Notes under the pieces: generated by a model | What the model was told of the DNA's origin: nothing | What the model saw: only the letters and a program-made list of their open reading frames with translations | Database searches by the model: none | Shown: one piece after another, positions 38,025 through 51,575 of the stretch | How positions within the stretch are numbered: the stretch's first letter is position 1 | Layout of the letters: each line of letters begins with the position of its first letter | Source of the DNA: Octopus sinensis | Taxonomy: Eukaryota | Length of the DNA stretch: 64,000 bases | Assembly: GCF_006345805.1 (NCBI RefSeq) | Contig: NC_042999.1 | Coordinates: 97,650,001 to 97,714,000, forward strand | Direction: 5' to 3' | Position numbers and translations under genes: made by a program

Positions 38025-38193
38025 AATTGAGATAGGGGTTGTAAATGCAACCCTCTATGGGATAACATATATCCAATATACTGCTAGTGAAGTACCCAAC
38101 AAAGTTAATACATAAATGTTAATGATTGCGATACAATCAATTCATTTACTGTATTATATGGGCAAAGGTAAAATGATTTACCACAGATTACTA

Positions 38194-38876
38194 ATACAAG
38201 ATAAGAAAATGGAGAAATACATCTAAATCAAATATCAATTACCAGATAATACTCAATCACATACTTTATTAAACCACCACATAAGAGACTGTAGGGTTAA
38301 ATATAAAAAGCAGAACAAATCAGTGTACATAAAGGAATGTACATAAAAAAGTGTACATAAAAGAGTAATGTTGTATAATAAGTAGAATATATATAAAAGA
38401 GAATATAAATACAAGTAAATATAAATATAAGTATAAATTAGATCTTACAGCTGTTTCGGCCATGTCGATAAGTATGTCTCATTTTACCAATATTAGCCCT
38501 TTATGGTTGGTCTGAGTTATATTACATAATCTCCAAAGAGGCCTTGCGATATTTTTGTAAATGTCTCATTTATATCTATATATTGACCAACCATAAAGGG
38601 CTAATATTGGTAAAATGAGACATACTTATCGACATGGCCGAAACAGCTGTAAGATCTAATTTATACTTATATTTATATTTACTTGTATTTATATTCTCTT
38701 TTATATATATTCTACTTATTATACAACATTACTCTTTTATGTACACTGATTTGTTCTGCTTTTTATATTTAACCCTACAGTCTCTTATGTGGTGGTTTAA
38801 TAAAGTATGTGATTGAGTATTATCTGGTAATTGATATTTGATTTAGATGTATTTCTCCATTTTCTTATCTTGTATA
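38194..38876. repeat. Long fold-back repeat (about 290-315-bp arms, about 73-bp spacer) with a degenerate hammerhead
   Basis: The arms are near-exact reverse complements, apart from a short extra segment in the left arm. ATCT-CCAAAGA-GGCC...GGCC-GAAAC-AGCT-GTA-AGAT spans 38529-38655. Confidence 0.9.
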
Positions 38877-40939
38877 TATATATATATATATATATATATT
38901 TCAGAGTATATATATATGTATATATCAGGTCGTTCTCAAGTTCTACTGGTAACATGTAACCCAGTACAACCTGTCACTTGGTAGGGTCACTGGTGAGTAA
39001 ACTAGCAACCTCACTAAGCTTGCTTGGTGAGGAGGGCAATTATTGGACATCCTGCATGATGAAAGACAAGGCTTATCAAAGGGTGGAGGAACTCATGAGA
39101 GTCCATGGCTATCCAATTGAGGTCTGCTGTTCATAATTCTCATGGCATACTTGCACCTACTGTTGCTGTCAGTAGTACCAAAAAGTGTGAATGGTCCCAC
39201 ACAAGCCATTATCACTTTAAACAGGTCCTAGTGTGGGTTGTGCAAGGGATTTGCTTACTCTACTTTTTATCAAGATCATCTTGAAAAAGGAAAAGATGAA
39301 ATGGAAAAAAGAAAATAATTCTTTGGCCCTCAATTGTCAAATATAATCTGAAAGTCTGCCGTGTGTGGGAGTGGGGTGCATAAGTGTTTGTTTTGGTTTA
39401 CATTTGCTCTTGTCTGAAAATTGCTAGAAACAAGTGATGTTGCTATTTCTTTTGTCAACAAATCGTCCACTGACTTTGCACCTTTGTAGACATTTGAAAT
39501 AAGCAATTCCTTACCTGAAAAATAGGTAAGTGTTAGCGACAGGAAGGGCATCTGTTTGTAAAGTAATGCTTCTTAAATATGATTATCTAACCCATGCTTG
39601 TATAGATAAACTGTCCTCAAAAAGGAAAGATGTATATGTATATATGTATGAATTTGTATGTGTATATGATGGATATGCTCAGTGACCTCCATGTACACAC
39701 ATGTATATATATCTGTGTGTGTATATACATATATATATATTATCTCTTATGATAAAAGGCAGATTTTCTCTGCCTGTTACCATGTTCGTTTTTAATACAA
39801 TTCTACAATATAGAATTTCTTCAATTGGAATTTACCTATGATTTTTCGAAGTAGATTCGATTGGGTCATGGCATATAAAGTTTTTTCAATTTGACCCCCA
39901 ATTAAGCAAAAATTCAACAAAAGTAAATATTTTACGATTTGCCTCTATAATTTCAACTGCTTCACTCCTGCTATTACCATACTTTCTCCTACTTTCTCTT
40001 TGCAAGTGTACCTTAAACCACTACTCAAAAAAAATACAGAGCAAACAGAAACAAATAAATACATAACGATTTACTCCTCACACAATTTCTTCAATTGGAA
40101 TTTACCTATGATTTTTCGAAGTACATTCCATTCGGTCATGGCATATAAATTTCTTTCAATTTGATCCCCAATTAAGCAAAAATTCGAGAAAACTCAATAT
40201 TTTATGATTTCCCTCTCTCACTTCAAAGGCTTTACTCTGCCTATTACCATACTTTCTCCTACTTTCTCTTTACACACATAGACACGCAAACATATACATA
40301 TATGACAGTGACAAACACAAACGTTTCAAACAACTACATACAAACAATCAAACACATACACACACACACGTGTGTGTTTGTTATTAGTAAAAAAGGCGCC
40401 AAACAATTCACTTTCTCATTCGAACACATTTGCAAACACACAGCAACAATTCACTGACATATGGTGAGTAGATGCTAGCTGCTCACATTATGAGTTACAC
40501 TATTACACCAATTGTACTGGGACTGTTGTCTACTTCCTGGTAGTTTTTAGTGTCCAGGAAACAAAACTTTCTCGAGAAATAACAAAAAAAAAAACACTCC
40601 TAGATTTCACAAAGGACTTTAAGAAACGATAGGAACTAAGTTCAGTTGAAGAAAAGAGACGGATTTAAGGAAATCAGACGGTCGAATTAGAATGATAACT
40701 CAACAGAAAAGGTAAATTGGTTTTTAATTTACTTTCTGTCGCTAAGTTTTCGTAGTATTAATTTGCGAGCGTACTTCAGTTGTCAATTGTTGAAAGAAAA
40801 TTGTAAGCTAAGAAGGTGTGTGTGTGTGTAGGAAGTGAAGGATAAAAATATGGCAAGAAGTGGACAGATGTACATATATACATACATACATGTGTGTGTG
40901 TGTGTGTGTGTATGTATGTGTATTAATGTGTGTGTGTTA

Positions 40940-41330
40940 TCTCTCTATATAAAGCTGAAGTTGTCTGTGTGCGCCAGGTTTGGTAGCCTTCAACTAACAC
41001 TCTCCTCCGAGACCCTGCGGCGCAAGTTTACCAAAATTGAGAGTATGATAGAATGGTTGCTCTTCCTTCCGTAGAAGATAAAATTCAAATCGGACCATGT
41101 TAACACCAAAAATTCTTTACATCAAAAAGGTGCTTTTTTCTATGAAAATCCCTATTTTTTACGATTTTTTCACTGCTGTGTCGCCACTTTTCTGTGTATT
41201 TCAACCAAAAAAATGTTCACTTGAAGAGAATAACAAGCTACATAATGCAAAATATTTACTTCTCAAAAATTCCAATTCCAGTGGGTCAAAACAAACCTTT
41301 ATTAGTGTATTAAGTTTACCATTGGTTTCA
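40940..41330 (+). mobile_element. Non-autonomous Helitron-like 5' portion
   Basis: Starts TCTCTCTATATAAAGCTGAAGTTGTCTGTGTG, typical of non-autonomous Helitron 5' ends; 3' hairpin and CTAG not found. Confidence 0.5.
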
Positions 41331-41456
41331 TGTTAAGAAAATATCTTAATCTTTCAAGCTGATCATGTGAAGAATTGGTGTTTATCTCTGTTTTAGGTTT
41401 GAAAAATTGTTAAGCTATTAACATGAAACTAATGATAGGTTTAATACGCAAATGAA

Positions 41457-41492
<36 letters not shown>

Positions 41493-41751
41493 GGTGTATT
41501 TGCCTGTATGGGTTTGAGCATATGTATGACTGTTTGTGTCTCCTTGTCTTGACATCACATAATAGTTATCAATGTGGCAGATGTGCAGTATCTTGTTTTC
41601 AGTCATCCACAAAAACATGTCTAGCTTTGGGGAAATATTACCTGGCTTGGCAACATGAAGAGCATCCAGCCATCAACTGATCCATGTAAACATGTGAAAG
41701 TAGATGTGAGACTGATGATGACCATATCGTATCATATATATATTTATATAT

Positions 41752-42087
41752 GGGAGACCCCGTTCAGTCATGAATGACCATGGGATTGCACCTAGAAAGT
41801 TACCCTCCAAGGTACAAGTCCAGGCAAGGTTGTTTATGGAAGGCCGGCAGTCGCTCATGCATAACAGCCTCCCTTCTCCACACCACTGATATTATCCAAG
41901 GGAATGGCAAAGGCCGATACAGCTTGGCACCAGTGATGTCGCAACTCATTTCTACAACTAAGTTAACTGGAGCAACGTGAAATAAAGTGTCTTGCTCAAG
42001 AACACAACACGCAGCCTGATCCGGGAATTGAACTTACAACCTCACGATCGTAAGCTCGATGCTCTAACCACAGCCATGCGCATTCAC
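41752..42087 (-). mobile_element. tRNA-headed SINE, apparently full length; heads also at about 49788 (+) and about 30926 (+)
   Basis: Minus-strand A-box-like gcgcatggctgtggttagag and B-box gttcaattccc, followed by a body and tail. Confidence 0.75.
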
Positions 42088-44439
42088 ATATATATATATG
42101 ATATATGATCGTTATCATATACATGATTTTATTTGTTCATTTCATTTAAAGTCGGGTTTCCAAAGCTAGCATGGCTTAGGTGGGAGGAAATTGAAGCAGA
42201 TTTTCTATGACTGGGTACTTTTCCTGGTGCCAACCCATACCTATCTTTTATGTATGGGACTTTTTCTATTCCAGAAAGATTTGAGGATGCAGACCTAGAA
42301 GATGAATTGTTGATTAGAAGCATTAAAGGTTACTGGTCGCAGTCTAATGGCAAATGATGATGTCACTATTGTGACATCATTATTATTTCTGTTATAGGTA
42401 CATGGCCTGAAATTTTGTGGAGAGTGTTAGTCGATTACATCGATGCCTGTTCTTGACTGGTTCTTATAAAGAACATGAAAAGATGAAAGGCAAAGTCGAC
42501 ATCGGGTGAATTTGAACTCAGAGTGTAAAGATGGACAAAATGCTGCTAATCATTGTATTCAGTGTGCTAATGGTCACACACATACGTATGTGGTGGGCTT
42601 TCAGTTAGTCAAGCAAACACACTTGCTTGAGTGTAGATGTGGGGAATGAGAGCTGGGTAAAGGTGAATGTAGTGAATGGTGAAAGGTGATGACTGGTGGC
42701 AGTACAGAAAGTGTGAAGAGCAGTGGAATCTTAATAATACAGTAGATGGGGAAGGAAGAAAGACATGGAGGTGATGGATAGTTGTTGGGTGAGTAAAGGT
42801 TGCAGGAGTGTGTAGGGAGAGTTAGAGGAGATATACAATGATAAAAGATAGAGGTAGTCATATATATATATATATATATATTAGTAGAAATGAAGAGAAG
42901 TGTACTTAGTACTGGAGGCAGGGAGGCAGAGTGCAAAATTTCTGTCTTGGAATTCATATTGGTACTTGAATATGATATTGCTTTGTCTTAATGTTGAAAC
43001 ATTAGGGACTGATTTGGATTTTGGGGGACTTTAAGGAACTGATAACATGTTGGAAAACTCCAGACTAACTGGGTCAGCTCAAAAAAAATTATTACACTCC
43101 ATTATGGTATTGAGTACTGTTTCTTTTTAGCTTTTATTTGTTTCAGTCATGTGATTGGCCATGCTGGGTCACTGCTTTGAAAGGTTTAGTTAAATGAATC
43201 ACACCCTTTATTCTGTCGATCTTTTGCCTTACTGCTAAGTTATGGTGACATAAACAAACCAACACCGGTTGTCAAGTTCTGGTGGGGGGTACAAACACAA
43301 AATCACATGCATATATATATATATATTACATACACACATACATGTGTTTCCATCTGCCAAATTCGCTCTCAAGGCCTTGAGCTATAAGACATTTGCACTT
43401 TGGTGCCAGTCAATAAGACAATCCAAATATATGTGCCTGCAAAATGACCTTCATAATCACACAGGTAAATGCGTGCGCGCACGCGCGCATATAGTTATTT
43501 TGATGCAAACAGGAAAAATAGAACTCAAAATATGAATGCATGTATATTTTTATTAATATTTAGCAGAAGTAACAGAGTGGCTCAAGGTCCAGGAGTTTTG
43601 TGTGTTGGCACTTACCAAACTAGTCATAGGGTTAAGCACACAGGCCTTCGAACTTTGACGGGTTTGATGATTGCCAACGCACGAAACTCTCAGACCTTGA
43701 GTCACTCTGTTACTTTGTTAAATATCAATAAAAATATATTTTGAGTTCTATTTTTCCTGTTTGCATCAACACATCTTTTCTTTGCTCTTACATCTTGATG
43801 AGATCTATCGACAAACTCGAATGTCAGCATGAAGAATTACCATCTACTGTACTCAATGAAAAATATCTACCTGTCTGTCTGTCTACACAGTCACACATAA
43901 ACGTTAGTGTAAAGGAATTTCTAAACAAAAGAACTGGGAGTCACTTTCCGATCCCCAAATTTCTCTACTGCAGTAGCGTAGTATTTAAAGGCCTATAATT
44001 ACAGTATTACCTTTCAGAAAGAGAATAATAATCTGAATTAAATATCCTCTAAATTTAAAGGGCACCCAAGCTTATTCGTTCTTAGTATCACACCCACATG
44101 AAGAATGTTTATAATGTGGGTAGCACAGCTGTTACTAGCTTGCCGATGCACCCAATAATGATGCTAATGCATACGTAGATTGATTGATTGTTTGAGGTTA
44201 TGATGTACAGTAGAGATGGCAGAAAAGTAAACTGTCCTGATGGCTTGAACAACATAAAAAACGAACTTGTGCATATACGTGTGTGTGTGTTTGTGTTACA
44301 TTCTAGCCCTCCTCAGACTGCGTTGGACCCCATGTGATAACGCAACAGTGGGAGTCAGGAATTAAAAGTTATTAACAACAAGAGCCGAAACCCGAACGGT
44401 AGAATTGTCGTGCACTGAACGTATCCACCCTTATATTTT

Positions 44440-44640
44440 GTATCTTTTACTTGTTTCAGTCATTGGACTGCGGCCATGCTGGAGCACCGCCTTGAGGAAT
44501 TTTAGTCGAACTAATCGACCCACTACTTACTTTCTTTCTAAGCCTAGTACTTATTCTATCGGGCACTTTTGCCGAACTGCTAAGTTACGGAGGCGTAAGC
44601 ACACCAACACTGGTTGTTCAGTGGTGGTTACACACACACA
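44440..44640 (-). mobile_element. SINE-like family ending tgaaacaagtaaaaga; copies at about 14738-14950, 18776-18990, 43125-43300 (-) and 45650-45785 (+)
   Basis: Recurrent ttttacttgtttcagtcatt(t/g)gactgcggccatgctggagcacc block. Confidence 0.7.
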
Positions 44641-45120
44641 CACTCACATGTCTATTTTTCCATGCATAGATCAAGCAAAAAATTGTTGAGGCTGATGTTT
44701 CTATTGCGGTTGCTCTTCCTGTATCCAGGTCTCCTTTATTTCGATCGTACTTTGAATAACGAACACAGCTCAATAGCTACACATACTTTCACACAGAACA
44801 TTGTAAACCAATATCACGATTTGAGTCGTAACTTCGTGTATAATCAGCATGCGTCACGGGAGAGACACAAGCACACATATCACCCCCACCACTCCACATA
44901 CATGTGTGTATGTGTGTGTGCTTGTGTATATATATATATGATAATGTTGGCGGCTATACGTAATGTAAAATCAAAAAGGAAAAATTCAATTGTCACTAAT
45001 TGTGACTGACGGTGTAGGGTAGCACTTACATTGCTAGAAATAAGAGTTAAAATACCTTAGCCGCAAGGAGGCACAGTTCCATTCACTGGCAAGGGAGATA
45101 ACCGCATTACAGTCAGCAAG

Positions 45121-45171
45121 ATCACTATACTAGCCTAGTTTCGCTTAAAATTAAAGCTCATCAGTGGTGAT
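45121..45171 (-). ncRNA. Minimal type-I hammerhead ribozyme
   Basis: Minus strand reads AUCACCA-CUGAUGA-GCUU(UAAUUUU)AAGC-GAAA-CUA(GGC)UA-GUA-UAGUGAU. The catalytic core is complete, G10.1-C11.1 is present, the cleavage triplet is GUA, and stem I has 6 of 7 pairs. Confidence 0.75.
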
Positions 45172-45332
45172 TACTGTATCGCTGTATAGTTTGACTAAAT
45201 CCTGAGTGTCAGTATTTACCATATGAATCTATGGTTGATTCGGCAAAATGGTAATGGGAAAATTATAAAATAATGAAAGCGGCTCTAAACAATATAAAAC
45301 CAGAAAGGAAAAAAGTTCAATTGTCACTATTA

Positions 45333-45383
<51 letters not shown>

Positions 45384-45878
45384 ATAAGTTTATATAATAG
45401 TTCCTACGTGCGTTCCACCATTATGGTTGTTTGGAACCCCTAGAATAGGTATTCCAAATGCTTAACCCCAACGGATCATTAGGGACCATATTATTGCATT
45501 GAGTTGCTGATAGCTTTGTCTCATTGTTAACATTTACTCTGTAGTTCATAACTGTTAATACTACTTGGTATAGAAGCTACTTAACAACTATACAGAAAGC
45601 AAACTGGATTATGAATATCAACGTGAGCTCTATACATGACAGTAGGAGTCGTACATCCACAACGGCAAAAAGAGGCCGATAGAATAGGTACTAGGCTTAC
45701 AAAGAATAAGTCCTGGGGTCGATTTGATCGACTAAAAGGTGGTGCTCCAGCATGGTTGCAGTCAAATGACTGAAACAAAAGAATGTGCATATATATGTAT
45801 GTATATATATATATGTATGTATATCTGTATATATATATATGTGTGTGTATATGTATATATGTGTATGCATATATGTAC

Positions 45879-45913
<35 letters not shown>

Positions 45914-46489
45914 ATACCTGACAATTGCAAGTTCCTGTACGTCGGCAATGGACGTTTCCAATTGGCTAAAATTACATTAATTTACGGCCTTGTAACTTTT
46001 TAATAATTAATTTCTAGGAAAAATAAATGTGATTTTCATGTCCAGCATGAAAAACTACCTCAGTGTAGAAAATTTGAAAAATTCAGGTGGTTATTTGGAG
46101 AGAGTTAAGAAAGATCCAAATTTGGTACTTACTCTATTTGTCTTTATTTTGATGAGACAAGGATGTTAACAGACTCCACTTGTCAAGTGGTGTCACATAA
46201 AGACAAGTTACGGAGACACAATAAGCACGTAAACACATGTATATATACGATGGGGTTCCACACAATTTCCGTCTAAATTCAATTTAAGCATTAGTCGGGC
46301 CAGGGTCATAGTGGAGGGCACTTGTCAATGTGCGGCACAGTGAGACTGAACCTGAAATCACATAGTTTCGAAGCTAATTTCTCTACACAGCAGCATTTAC
46401 ATTAATTCATTATATATCACCAGGAAATACTAAAATAATTCTACGCTATAGCGTATAGTACGATACAACGATTCAATATAAAATATACG

Positions 46490-47040
46490 TCCATTCAACC
46501 ACCCTCTTGCGCTGACTATTCCTGGGAAATGGTGGCACTTCCTATCAGAAGCAATTTACGGTTGGATTCCCAAGCGTGACTTAGTCTATGGATATCCAAC
46601 CATCTCGTTTTTGGTCTCCTGCCGATTGGCTTGGCTTGAAGATCCATCATCTAATACTTTCCTTTGACATTCTACTCACATGTCCGTAGTACCAGAATTC
46701 TGAACTCACAATGCAGATAAATAGCGGCTCGGCCTGGAGAGACCCCTTGGTCTCTGAGCTCTGCACCCGTTTGATTTTTGCGATCATACTTTTCAGGCAT
46801 TACCCAACAATCATGACATAGGTGAAGATAGGTACGAAAACTGGTTTGGCATTTTATTTATTTTTTCTTTGAGGATCGAATCTTGGAGGTGGTGCAATTC
46901 TAGTATCCAATTCAGCCTCCTGCTTCCAATCACTCGTGAATGTGGCTCCAAGATACTTCAACTTCTCCACTTGTCTCAGTGATGTGCCACTGACATGCAG
47001 AACACAGTTGGAAAACTTTCTTGAGAGGACCAATGTCTTC
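46490..47040 (-). mobile_element. Degenerate RTE-type LINE of a second family; related pieces at about 34320-34510 (-) and about 35100-35450 (+)
   Basis: Minus-strand LRQVEKLKYLGATFTSDWKQEAELDTRI resembles RTE RT. Confidence 0.65.
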
Positions 47041-50000
47041 GCACTTCACACTATTACATTACACAATCAGACGTCGAGCTGGTAGAATCGTTAGCACTCT
47101 GGGCAAAATACTTAGTGGTATTTCATCCGTATTTACGTTCTGAGTTCTAATACTACCGAGGTCAACTTTGCCTTTCACCTTTTCGGGTGTTTTTAAAATA
47201 AGGACCAGTTGAGCTTTGGGGTCAATGTAATTGACCTACACTCTCCCTCAAAATTTGAAACCAATGTTACATTATATAATATATAAGACTATAATACCAC
47301 ACTGCATTGCATAGAATTACACAGATCTCAAAACTGTACCACACAACCATTCAATACCACATTACACTTTGATATTCTACATTATACTAGCTAATGAAGT
47401 AGCCTCTATGTGGTCGCACTATGTATTAGAAACAGCAGCCAAATCTCTAATATTCCATTTTACTATCTTTAGAAAAAATGTAGTTTTGGTTTGTGTAGTC
47501 TGGGTAACGTTGCCTGAATACAAAACTGGGATGGTCGTAACCGGAATGTCTTTGATCCTAGATTTACTTAATCAGGGATTAAACAGCAGCGGTAGCTCCA
47601 CAATGTATCATACCAAACACTACCATGCAATATCTGTACATTAAATGAATGGATCTTCGTCATTTTCACGATGAGTATTAAGTTGTTCAGTCGGTCAACT
47701 GAACGTAACTGAATTAGTGTGTAAATGGTTGAATATTCCACAGACACGTATACACTTTAATGTAATTCTCGAGCGTGACGGACTGTGGGATGGCTGGATC
47801 TTTAAATTACGAGTACAACCCCTCCATCGGGCTTCCACACAATTTCCGTCTGTTCTGTTTTACTCACGAGGTTTTGCTCAACCCAAAGCTATGATAAAGA
47901 GTTCTCCAGCCGCATGGGCCGTAGATATTTTTCTTCTGGGCCGCACAAAAAGAATAAATCTTAAAACTGTATTTCTATTTTGACGCTCACAGTCTGTTGG
48001 GTGATTTTGCATTAAATATGCATGAATGTAAATGTATTATATAATTAAAGTATGTGTTATACATTTTATTGTGTTTTGTTATGCACGTGATGCCCTGGTT
48101 TGTGGAAAAATTGTCTTGTGGAGCGCTGGTAAAAGACACTTAAAGTGTTACGCAATAGGATGGAACTCGGGATCTTGTGATTACGAAATGAATTTTCGCC
48201 ATTCGTTCTTATCACGCTGTACTACACTACAATTGTATTGCACAAGATTGCATGATACGTTATACTAGTTGGTTCTCAAACTGACATATCAGCCTCACAA
48301 AAAATATTTGTGAAAATGGTTTCTGGCTCTTTAATAACAGAAAGAATTTACACCCATCTTATTTTTTCTTCGTCAATATGGACACATTCAAGCGTGCGTA
48401 TATCTATGTATGTATATGATAAAAAAAATCCATCGAAGAATGGAGATAGCAAATTATGTTTATTGCTCAGTTTGCAATTGTTTCGTCGATTTCCATTATG
48501 ACCAGCCTTGCATCATGTCGTTATCATGTCAATAATAAATGATTTATTTTCATGCACTCTGCTTGGCGGAATCAACTCAGAAGGACGTCTCAAAACGCAA
48601 TTCACTAATATGTATGTGTATATATATGTATATATATATATATTAACATGGCAGTTTGTCTGTCTGCTTTTCAGTCCTGACAGCCTTTCCTTCTCTGAGA
48701 ACTGCTTTATTATACCACGCAACAGAATTGTATGGTTGTCATATAAATGTATAGCAAAAATTGAACTCCTGGAGAATCGAATCTACGATCAAGTTTCGAC
48801 TCCCGTGTAAGAACGGTTCGCCACAATTTAACCGATGTCATATTCGAATTGAGAAAGCCACGAATGTCACATGATTTCACATCAAGGGCTCACAACTAAA
48901 ACGAGTCAACGAGCGAGATACAGTGATCAGGGTTTCAGCAGAAGTGCGGAAACGGGGGCAAGAAAAACAAGTCTGAAAATCAGTTGGAATGATATGGTTA
49001 GAATGCTGTGATCATTTTCTCTATCTGGACTAACCTAGGGTTAAATTACAACAGTAGCAATGGTCTCAGCAATAGCAAAAGAGAAACAAACAAACAAAAA
49101 ACAAGTAATAACAACAGCAGCAATAATAGTTACTTTCGACCTCCCATTTCCCTGTACTGCCACCAACACTCCCTATGTTGTTTTTGTAATAAGAACAGCA
49201 ACAATAACATTAATTATTGTCCTCAAATGTCAATATGTTGGCAATGATGGAGACATTAAACAGTAAACTGTTCATCTAATTCTATGTCATCTAGTACAAC
49301 AATAACAATAACAGCAGAGCCACGACGACTATAGAAGTTGCTATAACAACTGTAATTGTAATAACCGAACAATAACAACATAATCACCAACAATAATACT
49401 GTCATCATAATACCAAAACACGCCAACTCGTCGACACCCCATCCAACACTCTCAATCCTTCGTTAGCATTTTCAGTTAGTCTACCACCATCCACCCATCA
49501 CAAACAAGACCACCATTCGCCAACAACAGCAATAACAACAACACTTTCGAGCTCCCTCTCAACAACACAATTAGCAGAATCAACATAGAGACCTCTACGT
49601 AATTGATTGACCTGCTAGAACTACACTATATAGTTCTAGATAAAAAAAAATGTGATGGTCATAGCTAGAAATTCCTTGACCATGGGTCTTCTCAGTCCAG
49701 ACTAACCAATAACAACAGGACATAACAGTTCAGTTATGTCCTACATAGGCTAATAGTCATGCAAAACGATTACCCTAACCACTGGAAGCGTGTGGCATAG
49801 TGGTCTGGATATTGCACTCACGATCGTGAGATAATGGTTTCGATTCCCGGTCCGGGCGGTGAGTTATGTTCCTAATAGAATCACTTCATCTCTCGATGCG
49901 CTGCGATCACTTCGACATCTGATGTGTTGCACACCGTGCACCTGTTCAGACAACGTCAATTTGATGGCAGGAGTGAACTCCTCTACAGCACAAACATTTA

Positions 50001-51330
50001 ATCGCTGTAAATAAATAGGCACAAGAAATTGGTGAACCCTCATCTCTGTCGCCTACGACAAGACAGTCTACGAGTCTACGACACCCTAACCACTAATAAC
50101 ATCAGAACAATACACGCAACCCCCCATCATCATTAATAGCAGTACCATCAACATCACTAACAATGACCACCAATACCATCATATTGTCAACAACTACAAT
50201 GCCTTAATATAACATTCACATTGCTGCAATACAATATCCAATGCTTCAATACCGATATAGGGTCCCACGAAATCCATAGTGACATAAAACAGGACATACT
50301 GAACTATGGTAGAAATCTTATATTTAAAAACCATGCATTTAATACATTGATACCGCAAATGATACTGAAAAACTGAAAAAGTATGATAATATACATGCAA
50401 ACATTATGCGTAAAATCCCAAAATGTAATAAACATATTTACGATATTTATGAATATAATACATACATAACACCCGTATCACCCGTCTCGCCAGACACATT
50501 TCATTCAACTACAGCCCAACGCATATATACTTATTGGAGAGGTTTCAACATAGAACATCTTTGTATAAAACATTACAAATAATCTGAGAGACATTTTATA
50601 CCTAAATTCCCTGTTAAAACGACAAAATACCTTACATCTCAATTGACTTTGGTCAGTTTCTTCCATTTGGTACTAGAAAAGCAATAGATACCTCAATTTA
50701 AAACCCACAAGGTTTGACAAAGTCACAAATGTATATCTAAAACGCACTAATCTTGAAGGAATTATCAAATTCATCAGCATTTTCAATTACCCTTGCACAC
50801 ATTACCAAATCCCCGAACTCTGGAAGAAAAAATCATCACACAGACACCACCATTACATATCCCTAAACTCCAGAAACTCTGACCGTCGATATCGCCAACT
50901 ACACATTTTTTCCCCAATTCTCAATATTCTGGCCACTGTACACTATCCATGCTATTAACGAAGATATCTCTCCATAGTCATTTGACATGTTAGAAATAGC
51001 AGCCAAATTCTTCCTAATAACACACTCTACCATCTTTGAAAAAAGCATATTTTCGATAATGTAGTTCTGTTTTCATGGCTTGAGCAAAAGACGGGTCATA
51101 GCTGGAAAATATTCGATTATAGATTTGTTCAATCAGGGCTGGCCTGGAGCTCAATAACAACGAACAACATCTATCATCTAACTCGTAAACATCACACAAA
51201 GGATCACGGCGGTTTCACCAAAAAGAACCTTTCATTCTTACTAATATCGAAATCATCAAAACATTTAAGTCCATTTTCCGCCTCCCACTTATAAAGCAAG
51301 CTGATAAATATCTTCAGAAATAAAAATATC

Positions 51331-51575
51331 AGGCTGGCGAACTGTTTTCTGAAATCGTCAAGCATATGTACTGTCGGGCGATATACTTTCCCGCATTTCG
51401 CCTGCCGTTATGTTCTGAGTTCAAATTCCGCCGAGGTCGACTTTGCTTTTCATCCTTTCGGGGTCGTTAAATTAAGTACCAGTTACGCACTGGGGTCGAT
51501 ATAATCGACTTAATCCGGTTGTCTGTCCTTGTTTGTCCTCTCTGTGTTTAGCCCCTTGTGGGTAGTAAAGAAATA
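51331..51575 (+). mobile_element. tRNA-derived SINE with a Meta-like central domain; copies at about 47070-47260 (+) and 4280-4420, 8590-8720, 9880-10000, 42400-42570 (-)
   Basis: B-box gttcaaattcc followed by gcttttcatcctttcggggtcg..aaattaagtaccag, similar from memory to the MetaSINE core. Confidence 0.65.

Noticed and set aside
49788-49862. tRNA gene candidate (A and B boxes)
   Set aside because: No acceptor-stem pairing, and it continues into a SINE body shared with 30926 and 41752-42087; it is a SINE head.
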